Assembly (NCBI GenBank): GCA_964057225.1
Contig: OZ059898.1
Coordinates: forward strand, 992,001 to 1,056,000
Source of the DNA: Auanema rhodensis
Taxonomy: Eukaryota > Animalia > Nematoda
Length of the DNA stretch: 64,000 nucleotides
Direction of reading: 5' to 3'
This document shows positions 56,701 to 64,000 of this stretch, piece after piece (positions within the stretch are counted from its first letter, which is position 1; each line of letters begins with the position of its first letter). Below the pieces are notes generated by a model. The model worked only from the letters and a program-made list of their open reading frames with translations, had not been told where the DNA came from and ran no database searches. The translations under genes were made by a program, and so were the position numbers.

Positions 56701-59700
56701 GTGCATTCGATGCGGATTTTTAAGCTGCGTCGATCTGTGTTATCAGATTTGCGCTAGCTTAAAAATGCACCGAGATATCGACTGATATAAATTCACACTT
56801 ATATCCTCGATTTTCACCCTGAAGAATTAATTTTTTCGTTGAATAACATTGTCCATCGTCTTTGCCTTGAAAAAAGGAATCTAAAAACATCTACTTTTTG
56901 CTAAATTATTTTGAAATTTTTCGAAAAAATTTTTGTCAAAATGTTTTTGGAAGCAATGTTGAGTGTACATGGAAACTCAACATACACTAATGCATCATTT
57001 TTCAAACGATCATAACTAATTTTTGTATTAAGCGTTTCTCAATGTAGTATAGTGCATTTGATGCGGATTTGTAAGCTGCGTCGATCTGTGTTATCAGATT
57101 TGCGCTAGCTTAAAAATGCACCGAGATATCGACTGATATAAGTTCACACTTATATCCTCGATTTTCACCCTGAAGAATTAATTTTTTCGTTGAATAACAT
57201 TGTCCATCGTCTTTGCCTTGAAAAATGGAATCTAAAAACATCTACTTTTTGCTAAATTATCTTGAAATTTTTCGAAAAAATTTTTGTCAAAATGTTTTTG
57301 GAAGCAATGTTGAGTGTACATGGAAACTCAACATACACTAATGCATCATTTTTCAAACGATCATAACTAATTTTTGTATTAAGCGTTTCTCAATGTAATA
57401 TAGTGCATTCGATGCGGATTTTTAAGCTGCGTCGATCTGTGTTATCAGATTTGCGCTAGCTTAAAAATGCACCGAGATATCGACTGATATAAGTTCACAC
57501 TTATATCCTCGATTTTCACCCTGAAGAATTAATTTTTTCGTTGAATAACATTATCCATCGTCTTTGCCTTGAAAAATGGAATCTAAAAACATCTACTTTT
57601 TGCTAAATTATCTTGAAATTTTTCGAAAAAATTTTTGTCAAAATGTTTTTGGAAGCAATGTTGAGTGTACATGGAAACTCAACATACACTAATGCATCAT
57701 TTTTCAAACGATCATAACTAATTTTTGTATTAAGCGTTTCTCAATGTAATATAGTGCATTCGATGCGGATTTTTAAGCTGCGTCGATCTGTGTTATCAGA
57801 TTTGCGCTAGCTTAAAAATGCACCGAGATATCGACTGATATAAATTCACACTTATATCCTCGATTTTCACCCTGAAGAATTAATTTTTTCGTTGAATAAC
57901 ATTATCCATCGTCTTTGCCTTGAAAAATGGAATCTAAAAACATCTACTTTTTGCTAAATTATCTTGAAATTTTTCGAAAAAATTTTTGTCAAAATGTTTT
58001 TGGAAGCAATGTTGAGTGTACATGGAAACTCAACATACACTAATGCATCATTTTTCAAACGATCATAACTAATTTTTGTATTAAGCGTTTCTCAATGTAA
58101 TATAGTGCATTCGATGCGGATTTTTAAGCTGCGTCGATCTGTGTTATCAGATTTGCGCTAGCTTAAAAATGCACCGAGATATCGACTGATATAAATTCAC
58201 ACTTATATCCTCGATTTTCACCCTGAAGAATTAATTTTTTCGTTGATTAACATTGTCCATCGTCTTTGCCTTGAAAAATGGAATCTAAAAACATCTACTT
58301 TTTGCTAAATTATCTTGAAATTTTTCGAAAAAATTTTTGTCAAAATGTTTTTGGAAGCAATGTTGAGTGTACATGGAAACTCAACATACACTAATGCATC
58401 ATTTTTCAAACGATCATAACTAATTTTTGTATTAAGCGTTTCTCAATGTAATATAGTGCATTCGATGCGGATTTTTAAGCTGCGTCGATCTGTGTTATCA
58501 GATTTGCGCTAGCTTAAAAATGCACCGAGATATCGACTGATATAAGTTCACACTTATATCCTCGATTTTCACCCTGAAGAATTAATTTTTTCGTTGAATA
58601 ACATTGTCCATCGTCTTTGCCTTGAAAAATGGAATCTAAAAACATCTACTTTTTGCTAAATTATTTTGAAATTTTTTGAAAAAATTTTTGTCAAAATGTT
58701 TTTGGAAGCAATGTTGAGTGTACATGGAAACTCAACATACACTAATGCATCATTTTTCAAACGATCATAACTAATTTTTGTATTAAGCGTTTCTCAATGT
58801 AATATAGTGCATTCGATGCGGATTTTTAAGCTGCGTCGATCTGTGTTATCAGATTTGCGCTAGCTTAAAAATGCACCGAGATATCAACTGATATAAGTTC
58901 ACACTTATATCCTCGATTTTCACCCTGAAGAATTAATTTTTTCGTTGAATAACATTGTCCATCGTTTTTGCCTTGAAAAATGGAATCTAAAAACATCTAC
59001 TTTTTGCTAAATTATCTTGAAATTTTTCGAAAAAATTTTTGTCAAAATGTTTTTGGAAGCAATGTTGAGTGTACATGGAAACTCAACATACACTAATGCA
59101 TCATTTTTCAAACGATCATAACTAATTTTTGTATTAAGCGTTTTTCAATGTAATATAGTGCATTCGATGCGGATTTTTAAGCAGCGTCGATCTGTGATAT
59201 CAGATTTGCGCTAGCTTAAAAATGCACCGAGATATCAACTGATATAAGTTCACACTTATATCCTCGATTTTCACCCTGAAGAATTAATTTTTTCGTTGAA
59301 TAACATTGTCCATCGTCTTTGCCTTGAAAAATGGAATCTAAAAACATCTACTTTTTGCTAAATTATTTTGAAATTTTTTGAAAAAATTTTTGTCAAAATG
59401 TTTTTGGAAGCAATGTTGAGTGTACATGGAAACTCAACATACACTAATGCATCATTTTTCAAACGATCATAACTAATTTTTGTATTAAGCGTTTCTCAAT
59501 GTAGTATAGTGCATTCGATGCGGATTTTTAAGCTGCGTCGATCTGTGTTATCAGATTTGCGCTAGCTTAAAAATGCACCGAGATATCAACTGATATAAGT
59601 TCACACTTATATCCTCGATTTTCACCCTGAAGAATTAATTTTTTCGTTGAATAACATTATCCATCGTTTTTGCCTTGAAAAATGGAATCTAAAAACATCT

Positions 59701-62700
59701 ACTTTTTGCTAAATTATCTTGAAATTTTTCGAAAAAATTTTTGTCAAAATGTTTTTGGAAGCAATGTTGAGTGTACATGGAAACTCAACATACACTAATG
59801 CATCATTTTTCAAACGATCATAACTAATTTTTGTATTAAGCGTTTCTCAATGTAATATAGTGCATTCGATGCGGATTTTTAAGCAGCGTCGATCTGTGAT
59901 ATCAGATTTGCGCTAGCTTAAAAATGCACCGAGATATCAACTGATATAAGTTCACACTTATATCCTCGATTTTCACCCTGAAGAATTAATTTTTTCGTTG
60001 AATAACATTGTCCATCGTCTTTGCCTTGAAAAAAGGAATCTAAAAACATCTACTTTTTGCTAAATTATTTTGAAATTTTTCGAAAAAATTTTTGTCAAAA
60101 TGTTTTTGGAAGCAATGTTGAGTGTACATGGAAACTCAACATACACTAATGCATCATTTTTCAAACGATCATAACTAATTTTTTTATTAAGCGTTTCTCA
60201 ATGTAATATAGTGCATTCGATGCGGATTTTTAAGCTGCGTCGATCTGTGTTATCAGATTTGCGCTAGCTTAAAAATGCACCGAGATATCAACTGATATAA
60301 GTTCACACTTATATCCTCGATTTTCACCCTGAAGAATTAATTTTTTCGTTGAATAACATTGTCCATCGTCTTTGCCTTGAAAAAAGGAATCTAAAAACAT
60401 CTACTTTTTGCTAAATTATTTTGAAATTATTCGAAAAAATTTTTGTCAAAATGTTTTTGGAAGCAATGTTGAGTGTACATGGAAACTCAACATACACTAA
60501 TGCATCATTTTTCAAACGATCATAACTAATTTTTGTATTAAGCGTTTCTCAATGTAATATAGTGCATTCGATGCGGATTTTTAAGCTGCGTCGATCTGTG
60601 TTATCAGATTTGCGCTAGCTTAAAAATGCACCGAGATATCGACTGATATAAATTCACACTTATATCCTCGATTTTCACCCTGAAGAATTAATTTTTTCGT
60701 TGAATAACATTGTCCATCGTCTTTGCCTTGAAAAATGGATTCTAAAAACATCTACTTTTTGCTAAATTATCTTGAAATTTTTCGAAAAAATTTTTGTCAA
60801 AATGTTTTTGGAAGCAATGTTGAGTGTACATGGAAACTCAACATACACTAATGCATCATTTTTCAAACGATCATAACTAATTTTTGTATTGAGCGTTTCT
60901 CAATGTAATATAGTGCATTTGATGCGGATTTTTAAGCTGCGTCGATCTGTGTTATCAGATTTGCGCTAGCTTAAAAATGCACCGAGATATCGACTGATAT
61001 AAATTCACACTTATATCCTCGATTTTCACCCTGAAGAATTAATTTTTTCGTTGAATAACATTGTCCATCGTCTCTGCCTTGAAAAAAGGAATCTAAAAAC
61101 ATCTACTTTTTGCTAAATTATTTTGAAATTTTTCGAAAAAATTTTTGTCAAAATGTTTTTGGAAGCAATGTTGAGTGTACATGGAAACTCAACATACACT
61201 AATGCATCATTTTTCAAACGATCATAACTAATTTTTGTATTAAGCGTTTCTCAATGTAGTATAGTGCATTTGATGCGGATTTTTAAGCTGCGTCGATCTG
61301 TGTTATCAGATTTGCGCTAGCTTAAAAATGCACCGAGATATCGACTGATATAAGTTCACACTTATATCCTCGATTTTCACCCTGAAGAATTAATTTTTTC
61401 GTTGAATAACATTGTCCATCGTCTTTGCCTTGAAAAATGGAATCTAAAAACATCTACTTTTTGCTAAATTATCTTGAAATTTTTCGAAAAAATTTTTGTC
61501 AAAATGTTTTTGGAAGCAATGTTGAGTGTACATGGAAACTCAACATACACTAATGCATCATTTTTCAAACGATCATAACTAATTTTTGTATTAAGCGTTT
61601 CTCAATGTAATATAGTGCATTCGATGCGGATTTTTAAGCTGCGTCGATCTGTGTTATCAGATTTGCGCTAGCTTAAAAATGCACCGAGATATCGACTGAT
61701 ATAAGTTCACACTTATATCCTCGATTTTCACCCTGAAGAATTAATTTTTTCGTTGAATAACATTGTCCATCGTCTTTGCCTTGAAAAATGGAATCTAAAA
61801 ACATCTACTTTTTGCTAAATTATCTTGAAATTTTTCGAAAAAATTTTTGTCAAAATGTTTTTGGAAGCAATGTTGAGTGTACATGGAAACTCAACATACA
61901 CTAATGCATCATTTTTCAAACGATCATAACTAATTTTTGTATTAAGCGTTTCTCAATGTAATATAGTGCATTCGATGCGGATTTTTAAGCTGCGTCGATC
62001 TGTGTTATCAGATTTGCGCTAGCTTAAAAATGCACCGAGATATCGACTGATATAAATTCACACTTATATCCTCGATTTTCACCCTGAAGAATTAATTTTT
62101 TCGTTGAATAACATTGTCCATCGTCTTTGCCTTGAAAAATGGAATCTAAAAACATCTACTTTTTGCTAAATTATTTTGAAATTTTTCGAAAAAATTTTTG
62201 TCAAAATGTTTTTGGAAGCAATGTTGAGTGTACATGGAAACTCAACATACACTAATGCATCATTTTTCAAACGATCATAACTAATTTTTGTATTAAGCGT
62301 TTCTCAATGTAATATAGTGCATTCGATGCGGATTTTTAAGCTGCGTCGATCTGTGTTATCAGATTTGCGCTAGCTTAAAAATGCACCGAGATATCGACTG
62401 ATATAAGTTCACACTTATATCCTCGATTTTCACCCTGAAGAATTAATTTTTTCGTTGAATAACATTGTCCATCGTCTTTGCCTTGAAAAATGGAATCTAA
62501 AAACATCTACTTTTTGCTAAATTATTTTGAAATTTTTTGAAAAAATTTTTGTCAAAATGTTTTTGGAAGCAATGTTGAGTGTACATGGAAACTCAACATA
62601 CACTAATGCATCATTTTTCAAACGATCATAACTAATTTTTGTATTAAGCGTTTCTCAATGTAATATAGTGCATTCGATGCGGATTTTTAAGCTGCGTCGA

Positions 62701-64000
62701 TCTGTGTTATCAGATTTGCGCTAGCTTAAAAATGCACCGAGATATCGACTGATATAAGTTCACACTTATATCCTCGATTTTCACCCTGAAGAATTAATTT
62801 TTTCGTTGAATAACATTGTCCATCGTCTTTGCCTTGAAAAATGGAATCTAAAAACATCTACTTTTTGCTAAATTATCTTGAAATTTTTCGAAAAAATTTT
62901 TGTCAAAATGTTTTTGGAAGCAATGTTGAGTGTACATGGAAACTCAACATACACTAATGCATCATTTTTCAAACGATCATAACTAATTTTTGTATTAAGC
63001 GTTTCTCAATGTAATATAGTGCATTCGATGCGGATTTTTAAGCTGCGTCGATCTGTGTTATCAGATTTGCGCTAGCTTAAAAATGCACCGAGATATCGAC
63101 TGATATAAATTCACACTTATATCCTCGATTTTCACCCTGAAGAATTAATTTTTTCGTTGAATAACATTGTCCATCGTCTTTGCCTTGAAAAATGGAATCT
63201 AAAAACATCTACTTTTTGCTAAATTATTTTGAAATTTTTCGAAAAAATTTTTGTCAAAATGTTTTTGGAAGCAATGTTGAGTGTACATGGAAACTCAACA
63301 TACACTAATGCATCATTTTTCAAACGATCATAACTAATTTTTGTATTAAGCGTTTCTCAATGTAATATAGTGCATTCGATGCGGATTTTTAAGCTGCGTC
63401 GATCTGTGTTATCAGATTTGCGCTAGCTTAAAAATGCACCGAGATATCGACTGATATAAGTTCACACTTATATCCTCGATTTTCACCCTGAAGAATTAAT
63501 TTTTTCGTTGAATAACATTGTCCATCGTCTTTGCCTTGAAAAATGGAATCTAAAAACATCTACTTTTTGCTAAATTATTTTGAAATTTTTTGAAAAAATT
63601 TTTGTCAAAATGTTTTTGGAAGCAATGTTGAGTGTACATGGAAACTCAACATACACTAATGCATCATTTTTCAAACGATCATAACTAATTTTTGTATTAA
63701 GCGTTTCTCAATGTAGTATAGTGCATTCGATGCGGATTTTTAAGCTGCGTCGATCTGTGTTATCAGATTTGCGCTAGCTTAAAAATGCACCGAGATATCA
63801 ACTGATATAAGTTCACACTTATATCCTCGATTTTCACCCTGAAGAATTAATTTTTTCGTTGAATAACATTGTCCATCGTTTTTGCCTTGAAAAATGGAAT
63901 CTAAAAACATCTACTTTTTGCTAAATTATCTTGAAATTTTTCGAAAAAATTTTTGTCAAAATGTTTTTGGAAGCAATGTTGAGTGTACATGGAAACTCAA

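Larger units (their letters stand above)
1..64000. repeat. Satellite DNA tandem array: 351-bp monomer, about 182.3 head-to-tail copies, very high copy-to-copy identity
   Basis: The motif gccttgaaaaa(a/t)ggaatctaaaaacatc recurs at 1, 352, 703, 1054, 1756, 2108, 3161, 6671, 10181 ... 63884 (copy 5 at 1405 begins gctttg). The period is 351 bp with one +1 shift in copy 6. Copies differ by only a handful of substitutions and all lie in the same orientation. Confidence 0.99.

Noticed and set aside
1-64000. CRISPR array or other repeat-spacer system (short palindromes recurring at a fixed period)
   Set aside because: The sequence between the palindromes is as conserved as the palindromes themselves. 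There are no unique spacers and no cas or other genes.
1-64000. SNP pattern as an encoded message or programmed diversification system
   Set aside because: The variant distribution is adequately explained by point mutation plus nested in-register duplication and recombination.

Overview
The whole 64 kb window is one uninterrupted head-to-tail tandem array (satellite DNA) of an AT-rich 351-bp monomer (about 32% GC, hand-counted on copy 1). It holds 182 complete copies plus a 117-bp partial copy (63884-64000), and the array runs off both edges. Copies 1-6 start at 351(n-1)+1. Copy 6 carries a 1-bp insertion, and every later copy I checked starts at 351(n-1)+2. I see no genes, RNA genes, transposon insertions, inversions or CRISPR spacers; the single ORF is a chance product of one private SNP. 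The pattern is typical of eukaryotic (peri)centromeric or heterochromatic satellite, but I cannot assign a species or named family. Two levels of structure are worth attention. (i) Each monomer contains four dyad symmetries and many A/T tracts. (ii) Shared SNPs reveal nested higher-order duplications (three different 5-mers, a 12-mer, a 16+5-mer, 3-mers, 2-mers), recombinant monomers and a layered distribution of variants. Genotyping was done by eye, so rare variants may have been missed. I found no evidence of a novel gene system.
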